A stretch of 64,000 nt of DNA from positions 409,882,001 to 409,946,000 of the forward strand of contig OZ024741.1 of assembly GCA_964016885.1 (NCBI GenBank), read 5' to 3'. The position numbers and the translations under genes were made by a program. Under the pieces are notes generated by a model, which did no database searches, was not told the origin of the DNA, and was given only the letters and a program-made list of their open reading frames with translations. Below are positions 27,401-43,270 of this stretch, one piece after another. This DNA comes from Eledone cirrhosa (lineage: Eukaryota). How positions within the stretch are numbered: position 1 is the first letter of the stretch; every line of letters begins with the position of its first letter.

Positions 27401-28510
27401 TGTATATCTGGTTTACAATAGGTACACTGTATCCCTGTGTATATCAGGTTTACAAAAGGTACACGGAATCCCTGTGTATATCTGGTTTACAATACGTACA
27501 CTGTATCCCTGTGTATATCTGGTTTACAATAGGTACAGTGTATCCCAGTGTATATCAGGTTTACAATAGGCATACTGTATCTCTGTGTATATCTGGTTTA
27601 CAATAGGTACACTGTATCCCTGTTCATATCAGGTTTACAATAGGTACACTGTATCCCTGTGTATATCTGGTTTACAATAGGTACACTGTATCCCTGCGTA
27701 TATCTGGTTTACAATAGGTACACTGTATCCCTGTGTATATCTGGTTTACAATAGGTACACTGTATCCCTGTATGTATCTGGTTTACAATAGGTACATTGT
27801 ATCCCTGTGTATATCTGGTTTACAATAGGTACACTGTATCCCTGTGTGTATCTGGTTTACAATAGGTACATTGTATCCCTGTGTACATCAGGTTTACAAT
27901 AGGTACACTGAATCCCTGTGTATATCTGGTTTACAATAGGTACACTGTATCTCTGTGTATATCTGGTTTACAATAGGTACACTGTATCCCTGTGTGTATC
28001 TGGTTTACAATAGGTACACTGTATCTGTGTGTATATCTGGTTTACAATAGGTACACTGTATCCCTGTGTATATCTGGTTTACAATAGGTACAGTGTATCC
28101 CAGTGTATATCAGGTTTACAATAGGTATACTGTATCCCTGTGTATATATGGTTTACAATAGGTACACTGTATCCCTGTTTATATCAGGTTTACAATAGGT
28201 ACACTGTATCCCTGTGTATATCTGGTTTACAATAGGTACACTGTATCTCTGTGTATATCTGGTTTACAATAGGTACACTGTATCCCTGTGTATATCTGGT
28301 TTACAATAGGTACACTGTATCCCCGTGTGTATCTGGTTTACAATAGGTACACTGTATCCCTGTGTATATCTTGTTTATAATAGGTAGACTGTATCCTTGT
28401 GTTATATCTGGTTTACAATAGGTACACTGTATCCCTGTGTATATCTGGTTTACAATAGGTACACTGTATCCTTGTGTTATATCTGGTTTACAATAGGTAC
28501 ACTGTATCCC
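20430..28510. repeat. Tandem duplication of an approximately 4.0-kb unit (offset 4016-4053 bp)
   Basis: ORF pairs 21878/25894, 22322/26338, 23055/27071 and 23384/27400 are offset by 4016; 20921/24974 is offset by 4053 (one extra monomer). Confidence 0.88.
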
Positions 28511-29559
28511 TGTGTATATCTGGTTTACAATGGGTACATTGTATCCCTGTGTATATCTGGTTTACAATAGGTACACTATCCCTGGGTATATCTGGTTTAC
28601 AATAGGTACACTGTATCCTTGTGTATATCTGGTTTACAATAGGTACACTGTATCCCTGTGTATATCTGGTTTATAATAGGTACACTATCCCTGTGTATAT
28701 CTGGTTTACAATAGGTACACTATCCCTGTGTATATCTGGTTTATAATAGGTACACTGTATCCCTGTGTATATCTGGTTTACAATAGGTACAGTGTATCCC
28801 AGTGTATATCAGGTTTACAATAGGTATACTGTATCTCTGTGTATATCTGGTTTACAATAGGTACACTGTATCCCTGTTCATATCAGGTTTACAATAGGTA
28901 CACTGTATCCCTGTGTATATCTGGTTTACAATAGGTACACTGTATCCCTGTGTATATCTGGTTTACAATAGGTACACTGTATCCCTGTGTATATCTGGTT
29001 TACAATAGGTACACTGTATCCCTGTATGTATCTGATTTACAATAGGTACATTGTATCCCTGTGTATATCTGGTTTACAATAGGTACACTGTATGCCTGTG
29101 TGTATCTGGTTTACAATAGGTACATTGTATCCCTGTGTACATCAGGTTTACAATAGGTACACTGAATCCCTGTGTATATCTGGTTTACAATAGGTACACT
29201 GTATCTCTGTGTATATCTGGTTTACAATAGGTACATTGTATCCCTGTGTATATCTGGTTTACAATAGGTACACTATCCCTGTGTATATCTGGTTTACAAT
29301 AGGTACACTGTATCCCTGTGTATATCAGGTTTACAATAGGTACACTGTATCTCAGTGTATATCTCGTTTACAATAGGTACACTGTATCCCTGTGTATATC
29401 TGGTTTACAATAGGTACACTGTATCCCTGTGTATATCAGGTTTACAATAGGTACACTGTATCCCTGTGTATATCTGGTTTACAATAGGTACACTGTATCC
29501 TTGTGTATATCTAGTTTACAATAGGTACACTGTATCCCTGTTTATATCAGGTTTACAAT

Positions 29560-32500
29560 AGGTACACTGTATCCCTGTGTATATCTGGTTTACAATAGGT
29601 ACACTGTATCCCTGTGTATATCTGGTTTACAATAGGTACACTGTATCCCTGTGTATATCTGGTTTACAATAGGTACACTGTATCCCTGTGTATATCTGGT
29701 TTACAATAGGTACACTGTATCCCTGTGTGTATCTGGTTTACAATAGGTACATTGTATCCCTGTGTATATCTGGTTTACAATAGGTACACTGTATCCCTGT
29801 GTGTATCTGGTTTACAATAGGTACATTGTATCCCTGTGTATATCAGGTTTACAATAGGTACACTGAATCCCTGTGTATATCTGGTTTACAATAGGTACAC
29901 TGTATCCCTGTGTATATCTGGTTTACAATAGGTACATTGTATCCCTGTGTATATCTGGTTTACAATAGGTACACTATCCCTGTGTATATCTGGTTTACAA
30001 TAGGTACACTGTATCCCTGTGTATATCAGGTTTACAATAGGTACACTGTATCCCTGTGTATATCTGGTTTACAATAGGTACACTGTATCCCTGGGTATAT
30101 CTGGTTTACAATAGGAACACTATCCCTGTGTATATCTGGTTTACAATAGGTACACTGTATCCCTGTGTATATCTAGTTTACAATAGGTACACTGTATCCC
30201 TGTTTATATCAGGTTTACAATAGGTACACTGTATCCCTGTGTATATCTGGTTTACAATAGGTACACTGTATCCCTGTGTATATCTGGTTTACAATAGGTA
30301 CACTGTATCCCTGTGTATATCTGGTTTACAATAGGTACACTGTATCCCTGTGTGTATCTGGTTTACAATAGGTACATTGTATCCCTGTGTATATCTGGTT
30401 TACAATAGGTACACTGTATCCCTGTGTGTATCTGGTTTACAATAGGTACATTGTATCCCTGTGTATATCAGGTTTACAATAGGTACACTGAATCCCTGTG
30501 TATATCTGGTTTACAATAGGTACACTGTATCCCTGTGTATATCTGGTTTACAATAGGTACATTGTATCCCTGTGTATATCTGGTTTACAATAGGTACACT
30601 ATCCCTGTGTATATCTGGTTTACAATAGGTACACTGTATCCCTGTGTATATCAGGGTTACAATAGGTACACTGTATCCCTGTGTATATCTGGTTTACAAT
30701 AGGTACACTGTATCCCTGTGTATCTGGTTTACAATAGGTACACTGTATCCCTGGGTATATCAGGTTTACAATAGGTACACAGTATCCTGATGTGTATCTG
30801 GTTTACAATAGGTACACTGTATTCCAGTATATATCTGGTTTACACTAGGTACACTGTATCCCTGGGTATATCTGGTTTACAATAGGTACACTGAATCCCT
30901 GTATATCTGGTTTACAATAGGTACACTGTATCCCAGTGTATATCTGATTTACAATAGGTACACTGTATCCCTGTGTATATCTAGTTTACAATAGGTACAC
31001 TGTATCTCTGTGTATATCTGGTTTACAATAGGTACACTGTATCCCTGTGTATATCTAGTTTACAATAGGTACACTGTATCCCTGTGTATATCTGGTTTAC
31101 AATAGGTACACTGAATCCCTGTATATCTGGTTTACAATAGGTACACTGTATCCCTGTGTATATCAGGTTTACAATAGGTACACTGTATCCCTGTGTACAT
31201 CTGGTTTACAATAGGTACACTGAATCCCTGTATATCTGGTTTACAATAGGTACACTGTATCCCAGTGTATATCTGATTTACAATAGGTACACTGTATCCC
31301 TGTGTATATCTAGTTTACAATAGATACACTGTATCCCTGGGTATATCTGGTTTACAATAGGTACACTGTATCTCAGTGTATATCTCGTTTACAATAGGTA
31401 CACTGTATCCCTGTGTATATCTGGTTTACAATAGGTACACTGTATCCCTGTGTATATCTTGTTTATAATAGGTAGACTGTATCCTTGTGTTATATCTGGT
31501 TTACAATAGGTACACTGTATCCCTGTGTATATCTGGTTTACAATAGGTACACTGTATCCCTGTGTATATCTGGTTTACAATAGGTACACTGTATCCCTGT
31601 GTATATCTGGTTTACAATAGGTACACTGTATCCCTGTGTATATCTGGTTTACAATAGGTACACTGTATCCCTGTGTGTATCTGGTTTACAATAGGTACAT
31701 TGTATCCCTGTGTATATCTGGTTTACAATAGGTACACTGTATCCCTGTGTGTATCTGGTTTACAATAGGTACATTGTATCCCTGTGTATATCAGGTTTAC
31801 AATAGGTACACTGAATCCCTGTGTATATCTGGTTTACAATAGGTACACTGTATCCCTGTGTATATCTGGTTTACAATAGGTACATTGTATCCCTGTGTAT
31901 ATCTGGTTTACAATAGGTACACTATCCCTGTGTATATCTGGTTTACAATAGGTACACTGTATCCCTGTGTATATCAGGTTTACAATAGGTACACTGTATC
32001 CCTGTGTATATCTGGTTTACAATAGGTACACTGTATCCCTGGGTATATCTGGTTTACAATAGGAACACTATCCCTGTGTATATCTGGTTTACAATAGGTA
32101 CACTGTATCCCTGTGTATATCTAGTTTACAATAGGTACACTGTATCCCTGTTTATATCAGGTTTACAATAGGTACACTGTATCCCTGTGTATATCTGGTT
32201 TACAATAGGTACACTGTATCCCTGTGTATATCTGGTTTACAATAGGTACACTGTATCCCTGTGTATATCTGGTTTACAATAGGTACACTGTATCCCTGTG
32301 TGTATCTGGTTTACAATAGGTACATTGTATCCCTGTGTATATCTGGTTTACAATAGGTACACTGTATCCCTGTGTGTATCTGGTTTACAATAGGTACATT
32401 GTATCCCTGTGTATATCAGGTTTACAATAGGTACACTGAATCCCTGTGTATATCTGGTTTACAATAGGTACACTGTATCCCTGTGTATATCTGGTTTACA

Positions 32501-33480
32501 ATAGGTACATTGTATCCCTGTGTATATCTGGTTTACAATAGGTACACTATCCCTGTGTATATCTGGTTTACAATAGGTACACTGTATCCCTGTGTATATC
32601 AGGGTTACAATAGGTACACTGTATCCCTGTGTATATCTGGTTTACAATAGGTACACTGTATCCCTGTGTATCTGGTTTACAATAGGTACACTGTATCCCT
32701 GGGTATATCAGGTTTACAATAGGTACACAGTATCCTGATGTGTATCTGGTTTACAATAGGTACACTGTATTCCAGTATATATCTGGTTTACACTAGGTAC
32801 ACTGTATCCCTGGGTATATCTGGTTTACAATAGGTACACTGAATCCCTGTATATCTGGTTTACAATAGGTACACTGTATCCCAGTGTATATCTGATTTAC
32901 AATAGGTACACTGTATCCCTGTGTATATCTAGTTTACAATAGGTACACTGTATCTCTGTGTATATCTGGTTTACAATAGGTACACTGTATCCCTGTGTAT
33001 ATCTAGTTTACAATAGGTACACTGTATCCCTGTGTATATCTGGTTTACAATAGGTACACTGAATCCCTGTATATCTGGTTTACAATAGGTACACTGTATC
33101 CCTGTGTATATCAGGTTTACAATAGGTACACTGTATCCCTGTGTACATCTGGTTTACAATAGGTACACTGAATCCCTGTATATCTGGTTTACAATAGGTA
33201 CACTGTATCCCAGTGTATATCTGATTTACAATAGGTACACTGTATCCCTGTGTATATCTAGTTTACAATAGATACACTGTATCCCTGGGTATATCTGGTT
33301 TACAATAGGTACACTGTATCTCAGTGTATATCTCGTTTACAATAGGTACACTGTATCCCTGTGTATATCTGGTTTACAATAGGTACACTGTATCCCTGTG
33401 TATATCTTGTTTATAATAGGTAGACTGTATCCTTGTGTTATATCTGGTTTACAATAGGTACACTGTATCCCTGTGTATAT
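29560..33480. repeat. Tandem duplication of a 1948-bp unit
   Basis: ataggaacac at 30111/32059 and cagggttaca at 30652/32600, with the same downstream variant order. Confidence 0.85.
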
Positions 33481-33669
33481 CTGGTTTACAATAGGTACAC
33501 TGTATCCTTGTGTTATATCTGGTTTACAATAGGTACACTGTATCCCTGTGTATATCTGGTTTACAATGGGTACATTGTATCCCTGTGTATATCTGGTTTA
33601 CAATAGGTACACTATCCCTGGGTATATCTGGTTTACAATAGGTACACTGTATCCTTGTGTATATCTGGT

Positions 33670-36600
33670 TTACAATAGGTACACTGTATCCCTGTGTATA
33701 TCTGGTTTATAATAGGTACACTATCCCTGTGTATATCTGGTTTACAATAGGTACACTATCCCTGTGTATATCTGGTTTATAATAGGTACACTGTATCCCT
33801 GTGTATATCTGGTTTACAATAGGTACACTGTATCCCTGTGTATATCTGGTTTACAATAGGTACACTGTATTCTTGTGTTATATCTGGTTTACAATAGGTA
33901 CACTGTATCCCTGTGTATATCTGGTTTACAATAGGTATACTGTATCCCTGTATATATCTGGTTTACAATAGGTACACTGTATCCCTGTGTATATCTGGTT
34001 TACAATAGGTACACTGTATCCCTGTGTATATCTGGTTTACAATAGGTACACTATCCCTGTGTATATCTGGTTTACAATAGGTACACTGTATCCCTGTGTA
34101 TATCTGGTTTACAATAGGTACACTATCCCTGTGTATATCTGGTTAACAATAGGTACACTGTATCCCTGTGTATATCTGGTTTACAATAGGTACACTATCC
34201 CTGTGTATATCTGGTTTACAATAGGTACACTGTATCACAGTGTATATCAGGTTTACAAAAGGTATACTGTATCCCTGTGTATATCTGGTTTACAATAGGT
34301 ACACTGTATCCCTGTGTATATCTGGTTTACAATAGGTACACTGTATCCCTGTGTATATCTGGTTTACAATAGGTACACTGTATCCCTGTGTATATCTGGT
34401 TTACAATAGGTACACTGTATCCCTGTGTATATCAGGTTTACAAAAGGTACACGGAATCCCTGTGTATATCTGGTTTACAATACGTACACTGTATCCCTGT
34501 GTATATCTGGTTTACAATAGGTACAGTGTATCCCAGTGTATATCAGGTTTACAATAGGTATACTGTATCTCTGTGTATATCTGGTTTACAATAGGTACAC
34601 TGTATCCCTGTTCATATCAGGTTTACAATAGGTACACTGTATCCCTGTGTATATCTGGTTTACAATAGGTACACTGTATCCCTGTGTATATCTGGTTTAC
34701 AATAGGTACACTGTATCCCTGTGTATATCTGGTTTACAATAGGTACACTGTATCCCTGTATGTATCTGATTCACAATAGGTACATTGTATCCCTGTGTAT
34801 ATCTGGTTTACAATAGGTACACTGTATGCCTGTGTGTATCTGGTTTACAATAGGTACATTGTATCCCTGTGTACATCAGGTTTACAATAGGTACACTGAA
34901 TCCCTGTGTATATCTGGTTTACAATAGGTACACTATCCCTGTGTATATCTGGTTTACAATAGGTACACTGTATCCCTGTGTATATCAGGTTTACAATAGG
35001 TACACTGTATCTCAGTGTATATCTCGTTTACAATAGGTACACTGTATCCCTGTGTATATCTGGTTTACAATAGGTACACTGTATCCCTGTGTATATCTGG
35101 TTTACAATAGGTACACTGTATCCCTGTGTGTATCTGGTTTACAATAGGTACATTGTATCCCTGTGTATATCTGGTTTACAATAGGTACACTGTATCCCTG
35201 TGTGTATCTGGTTTACAATAGGTACATTGTATCCCTGTGTATATCAGGTTTACAATAGGTACACTGAATCCCTGTGTATATCTGGTTTACAATAGGTACA
35301 CTGTATCCCTGTGTATATCTGGTTTACAATAGGTACATTGTATCCCTGTGTATATCTGGTTTACAATAGGTACACTATCCCTGTGTATATCTGGTTTACA
35401 ATAGGTACACTGTATCCCTGTGTATATCAGGTTTACAATAGGTACACTGTATCCCTGTGTATATCTGGTTTACAATAGGTACACTGTATCCCTGGGTATA
35501 TCTGGTTTACAATAGGAACACTATCCCTGTGTATATCTGGTTTACAATAGGTACACTGTATCCCTGTGTATATCTAGTTTACAATAGGTACACTGTATCC
35601 CTGTTTATATCAGGTTTACAATAGGTACACTGTATCCCTGTGTATATCTGGTTTACAATAGGTACACTGTATCCCTGTGTATATCTGGTTTACAATAGGT
35701 ACACTGTATCCCTGTGTATATCTGGTTTACAATAGGTACACTGTATCCCTGTGTGTATCTGGTTTACAATAGGTACATTGTATCCCTGTGTATATCTGGT
35801 TTACAATAGGTACACTGTATCCCTGTGTGTATCTGGTTTACAATAGGTACATTGTATCCCTGTGTATATCAGGTTTACAATAGGTACACTGAATCCCTGT
35901 GTATATCTGGTTTACAATAGGTACACTGTATCCCTGTGTATATCTGGTTTACAATAGGTACATTGTATCCCTGTGTATATCTGGTTTACAATAGGTACAC
36001 TATCCCTGTGTATATCTGGTTTACAATAGGTACACTGTATCCCTGTGTATATCAGGGTTACAATAGGTACACTGTATCCCTGTGTATATCTGGTTTACAA
36101 TAGGTACACTGTATCCCTGTGTATCTGGTTTACAATAGGTACACTGTATCCCTGGGTATATCAGGTTTACAATAGGTACACAGTATCCTGATGTGTATCT
36201 GGTTTACAATAGGTACACTGTATTCCAGTATATATCTGGTTTACACTAGGTACACTGTATCCCTGGGTATATCTGGTTTACAATAGGTACACTGAATCCC
36301 TGTATATCTGGTTTACAATAGGTACACTGTATCCCAGTGTATATCTGATTTACAATAGGTACACTGTATCCCTGTGTATATCTAGTTTACAATAGGTACA
36401 CTGTATCTCTGTGTACATCTGGTTTACAATAGGTACACTGTATCCCTGTGTATATCTAGTTTACAATAGGTACACTGTATCCCTGTGTATATCTGGTTTA
36501 CAATAGGTACACTGAATCCCTGTATATCTGGTTTACAATAGGTACACTGTATCCCTGTGTATATCAGGTTTACAATAGGTACACTGTATCCCTGTGTACA

Positions 36601-39600
36601 TCTGGTTTACAATAGGTACACTGAATCCCTGTATATCTGGTTTACAATAGGTACACTGTATCCCAGTGTATATCTGATTTACAATAGGTATACTGTATCC
36701 CTGTGTATATCTAGTTTACAATAGATACACTGTATCCCTGGGTATATCTGGTTTACAATAGGTACACTGTATCTCAGTGTATATCTCGTTTACAATAGGT
36801 ACACTGTATCCCTGTGTATATCTGGTTTACAATAGGTACACTTTATCTCAGTGTATATCTGGTTTACAATAGGTACACTGTATCACTGTGTATATCTGGT
36901 TTACAATAGGTACACTGTATCCCTGTGTATATCTGGTTTACAATAGGTACACTGTATCCCTGTGTATATCTGATTTACAATAGGTACACTGTATCCCTGT
37001 GTATATCTGGTTTACAATAGGTACACTGTATCCCTGTCTATATCTGGTTTACAATAGGTACACTATCCCTGTGTATATCTGGTTTACAATAGGTACACTG
37101 TATCCCTGTGTATATCTGGTTTACAATAGGTACACTGTATCCCTGGGTATATCAGGTTTACAATAGATACACTGTATCCCTGGGTATATCTGGTTTACAA
37201 TAGGTACACTGTATCCCCGTGTGTATCTGGTTTACAATAGGTACACTGTATCCCCGTGTGTATCTGGTTTACAATAGGTACACTGTATCCCTGTGTATAT
37301 CTTCTTTATAATAGGTAGACTGTATCCTTGTGTTATATCTGGTTTACAATAGGTACACTGTATCCCTGTGTATATCTGGTTTACAATAGGTACACTGTAT
37401 CCCTGTGTATATCTGGTTTACAATAGGTACACTGTATCCTTGTGTTATATCTGGTTTACAATAGGTACACTGTATCCCTGTGTATATCTGGTTTACAATA
37501 GGTACAGTGTATCCCAGTGTATATCAGGTTTACAATAGGTATACTGTATCCCTGTGTATATCTGGTTTACAATAGGTACACTGTATTCCTTTTTATATCA
37601 GGTTTACAATAGGTACACTGTATTCCTGTGTATATCTGGTTTACAATAGGTACACTGTATCCTTGTGTATATCTGGTTTACAATAGGTACACTGTATCCC
37701 TGTGTATATCTGGTTTATAATAGGTACACTATCCCTGTGTATATCTGGTTTACAATAGGTACACTGTATCCCTGTGGTGTATTTGGTTTACAATAGGTAC
37801 ACTGTAACCCTGTTGTGTATTTGGTTTACAATAGGTACACTGTATCCCTGTGTATATCAGGTTTACAATAGGTACACTGTATCCCTGTGTATATCAGGTT
37901 TACAATAGGTACACTGTATCCCTGTGTATATCAGGTTTACAATAGGTACACTGTATCCCTGTTTATCTGGTTTACAATAGGTACACTGTATCCCTCTGTA
38001 TATCTGGTTTATAATAGGTACACTGTATCCCTGTGTGTATCTGGTTTACAATAGGTACACTGTATCCCTGTGTATATCTAGTTTACAATAGGTACACTGT
38101 ATCCCTGTGTGTATCTGGTTTACAATAGGTACACTGTATCCCTGTGTATATCTGGTTTACAATAAGTACACTGTATCCCTGTGTATATCTGGTTTACAAT
38201 AGGTACACTGTATCCCTGTGTATATCTGGTTTACAATAGGTACACTATCCCTGTGTATATCTGGTTTACAATAGGTACACTGTATCCCTGTGTATATCTA
38301 GTTTACAATAGGTACACTGTATCCCTGGGTATATCTGGTTTACAATAGGTACACTGTATCCCTGTGTATATCTGGTTTATAATAGGTACACTATCCCTGT
38401 GTATATCTGGTTTACAATAGGTACACTATCCCTGTGTATATCTGGTTTATAATAGGTACACTGTATCCCTGTGTATATCTGGTTTACAATAGGTACACTG
38501 TATCCCTGTGTATATCTGGTTTACAATAGGTACACTGTATTCTTGTGTTATATCTGGTTTACAATAGGTACACTGTATCCCTGTGTATATCTGGTTTACA
38601 ATAGGTATACTGTATCCCTGTATATATCTGGTTTACAATAGGTACACTGTATCCCTGTGTATATCTGGTTTACAATAGGTACACTGTATCCCTGTGTATA
38701 TCTGGTTTACAATAGGTACACTATCCCTGTGTATATCTGGTTTACAATAGGTACACTGTATCCCTGTGTATATCTGGTTTACAATAGGTACACTATCCCT
38801 GTGTATATCTGGTTAACAATAGGTACACTGTATCCCTGTGTATATCTGGTTTACAATAGGTACACTATCCCTGTGTATATCTGGTTTACAATAGGTACAC
38901 TGTATCACAGTGTATATCAGGTTTACAAAAGGTATACTGTATCCCTGTGTATATCTGGTTTACAATAGGTACACTGTATCCCTGTGTATATCTGGTTTAC
39001 AATAGGTACACTGTATCCCTGTGTATATCTGGTTTACAATAGGTACACTGTATCCCTGTGTATATCTGGTTTACAATAGGTACACTGTATCCCTGTGTAT
39101 ATCAGGTTTACAAAAGGTACACGGAATCCCTGTGTATATCTGGTTTACAATACGTACACTGTATCCCTGTGTATATCTGGTTTACAATAGGTACAGTGTA
39201 TCCCAGTGTATATCAGGTTTACAATAGGTATACTGTATCTCTGTGTATATCTGGTTTACAATAGGTACACTGTATCCCTGTTCATATCAGGTTTACAATA
39301 GGTACACTGTATCCCTGTGTATATCTGGTTTACAATAGGTACACTGTATCCCTGTGTATATCTGGTTTACAATAGGTACACTGTATCCCTGTGTATATCT
39401 GGTTTACAATAGGTACACTGTATCCCTGTATGTATCTGATTCACAATAGGTACATTGTATCCCTGTGTATATCTGGTTTACAATAGGTACACTGTATGCC
39501 TGTGTGTATCTGGTTTACAATAGGTACATTGTATCCCTGTGTACATCAGGTTTACAATAGGTACACTGAATCCCTGTGTATATCTGGTTTACAATAGGTA

Positions 39601-42600
39601 CACTATCCCTGTGTATATCTGGTTTACAATAGGTACACTGTATCCCTGTGTATATCAGGTTTACAATAGGTACACTGTATCTCAGTGTATATCTCGTTTA
39701 CAATAGGTACACTGTATCCCTGTGTATATCTGGTTTACAATAGGTACACTGTATCCCTGTGTATATCAGGTTTACAATAGGTACACTGTATCCCTGTGTA
39801 TATCTGGTTTACAATAGGTACACTGTATCCTTGTGTATATCTAGTTTACAATAGGTACACTGTATCCCTGTTTATATCAGGTTTACAATAGGTACACTGT
39901 ATCCCTGTGTATATCTGGTTTACAATAGGTACACTGTATCCCTGTGTATATCTGGTTTACAATAGGTACACTGTATCCCTGTGTATATCTGGTTTACAAT
40001 AGGTACACTGTATCCCTGTGTATATCTGGTTTACAATAGGTACACTGTATCCCTGTGTGTATCTGGTTTACAATAGGTACATTGTATCCCTGTGTATATC
40101 TGGTTTACAATAGGTACACTGTATCCCTGTGTGTATCTGGTTTACAATAGGTACATTGTATCCCTGTGTATATCAGGTTTACAATAGGTACACTGAATCC
40201 CTGTGTATATCTGGTTTACAATAGGTACACTGTATCCCTGTGTATATCTGGTTTACAATAGGTACATTGTATCCCTGTGTATATCTGGTTTACAATAGGT
40301 ACACTATCCCTGTGTATATCTGGTTTACAATAGGTACACTGTATCCCTGTGTATATCAGGTTTACAATAGGTACACTGTATCCCTGTGTATATCTGGTTT
40401 ACAATAGGTACACTGTATCCCTGGGTATATCTGGTTTACAATAGGAACACTATCCCTGTGTATATCTGGTTTACAATAGGTACACTGTATCCCTGTGTAT
40501 ATCTAGTTTACAATAGGTACACTGTATCCCTGTTTATATCAGGTTTACAATAGGTACACTGTATCCCTGTGTATATCTGGTTTACAATAGGTACACTGTA
40601 TCCCTGTGTATATCTGGTTTACAATAGGTACACTGTATCCCTGTGTATATCTGGTTTACAATAGGTACACTGTATCCCTGTGTGTATCTGGTTTACAATA
40701 GGTACATTGTATCCCTGTGTATATCTGGTTTACAATAGGTACACTGTATCCCTGTGTGTATCTGGTTTACAATAGGTACATTGTATCCCTGTGTATATCA
40801 GGTTTACAATAGGTACACTGAATCCCTGTGTATATCTGGTTTACAATAGGTACACTGTATCCCTGTGTATATCTGGTTTACAATAGGTACATTGTATCCC
40901 TGTGTATATCTGGTTTACAATAGGTACACTATCCCTGTGTATATCTGGTTTACAATAGGTACACTGTATCCCTGTGTATATCAGGGTTACAATAGGTACA
41001 CTGTATCCCTGTGTATATCTGGTTTACAATAGGTACACTGTATCCCTGTGTATCTGGTTTACAATAGGTACACTGTATCCCTGGGTATATCAGGTTTACA
41101 ATAGGTACACAGTATCCTGATGTGTATCTGGTTTACAATAGGTACACTGTATTCCAGTATATATCTGGTTTACACTAGGTACACTGTATCCCTGGGTATA
41201 TCTGGTTTACAATAGGTACACTGAATCCCTGTATATCTGGTTTACAATAGGTACACTGTATCCCAGTGTATATCTGATTTACAATAGGTACACTGTATCC
41301 CTGTGTATATCTAGTTTACAATAGGTACACTGTATCTCTGTGTACATCTGGTTTACAATAGGTACACTGTATCCCTGTGTATATCTAGTTTACAATAGGT
41401 ACACTGTATCCCTGTGTATATCTGGTTTACAATAGGTACACTGAATCCCTGTATATCTGGTTTACAATAGGTACACTGTATCCCTGTGTATATCAGGTTT
41501 ACAATAGGTACACTGTATCCCTGTGTACATCTGGTTTACAATAGGTACACTGAATCCCTGTATATCTGGTTTACAATAGGTACACTGTATCCCAGTGTAT
41601 ATCTGATTTACAATAGGTATACTGTATCCCTGTGTATATCTAGTTTACAATAGATACACTGTATCCCTGGGTATATCTGGTTTACAATAGGTACACTGTA
41701 TCTCAGTGTATATCTCGTTTACAATAGGTACACTGTATCCCTGTGTATATCTGGTTTACAATAGGTACACTTTATCTCAGTGTATATCTGGTTTACAATA
41801 GGTACACTGTATCACTGTGTATATCTGGTTTACAATAGGTACACTGTATCCCTGTGTATATCTGGTTTACAATAGGTACACTGTATCCCTGTGTATATCT
41901 GATTTACAATAGGTACACTGTATCCCTGTGTATATCTGGTTTACAATAGGTACACTGTATCCCTGTCTATATCTGGTTTACAATAGGTACACTATCCCTG
42001 TGTATATCTGGTTTACAATAGGTACACTGTATCCCTGTGTATATCTGGTTTACAATAGGTACACTGTATCCCTGGGTATATCAGGTTTACAATAGATACA
42101 CTGTATCCCTGGGTATATCTGGTTTACAATAGGTACACTGTATCCCCGTGTGTATCTGGTTTACAATAGGTACACTGTATCCCCGTGTGTATCTGGTTTA
42201 CAATAGGTACACTGTATCCCTGTGTATATCTTCTTTATAATAGGTAGACTGTATCCTTGTGTTATATCTGGTTTACAATAGGTACACTGTATCCCTGTGT
42301 ATATCTGGTTTACAATAGGTACACTGTATCCCTGTGTATATCTGGTTTACAATAGGTACACTGTATCCTTGTGTTATATCTGGTTTACAATAGGTACACT
42401 GTATCCCTGTGTATATCTGGTTTACAATAGGTACAGTGTATCCCAGTGTATATCAGGTTTACAATAGGTATACTGTATCCCTGTGTATATCTGGTTTACA
42501 ATAGGTACACTGTATTCCTTTTTATATCAGGTTTACAATAGGTACACTGTATTCCTGTGTATATCTGGTTTACAATAGGTACACTGTATCCTTGTGTATA

Positions 42601-43270
42601 TCTGGTTTACAATAGGTACACTGTATCCCTGTGTATATCTGGTTTATAATAGGTACACTATCCCTGTGTATATCTGGTTTACAATAGGTACACTGTATCC
42701 CTGTGGTGTATTTGGTTTACAATAGGTACACTGTAACCCTGTTGTGTATTTGGTTTACAATAGGTACACTGTATCCCTGTGTATATCAGGTTTACAATAG
42801 GTACACTGTATCCCTGTGTATATCAGGTTTACAATAGGTACACTGTATCCCTGTGTATATCAGGTTTACAATAGGTACACTGTATCCCTGTTTATCTGGT
42901 TTACAATAGGTACACTGTATCCCTCTGTATATCTGGTTTATAATAGGTACACTGTATCCCTGTGTGTATCTGGTTTACAATAGGTACACTGTATCCCTGT
43001 GTATATCTAGTTTACAATAGGTACACTGTATCCCTGTGTGTATCTGGTTTACAATAGGTACACTGTATCCCTGTGTATATCTGGTTTACAATAAGTACAC
43101 TGTATCCCTGTGTATATCTGGTTTACAATAGGTACACTGTATCCCTGTGTATATCTGGTTTACAATAGGTACACTATCCCTGTGTATATCTGGTTTACAA
43201 TAGGTACACTGTATCCCTGTGTATATCTAGTTTACAATAGGTACACTGTATCCCTGGGTATATCTGGTTT
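33670..43270. repeat. Tandem duplication of an approximately 4.7-4.9-kb unit (offset 4670, then 4929)
   Basis: ORFs 33987/38657 and 34388/39058 are offset by 4670. cagggttaca 36053/40982, ctgtaaccc 37802/42731 and aataagtaca 38161/43090 are offset by 4929 (4670 + 7 x 37). Confidence 0.85.
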
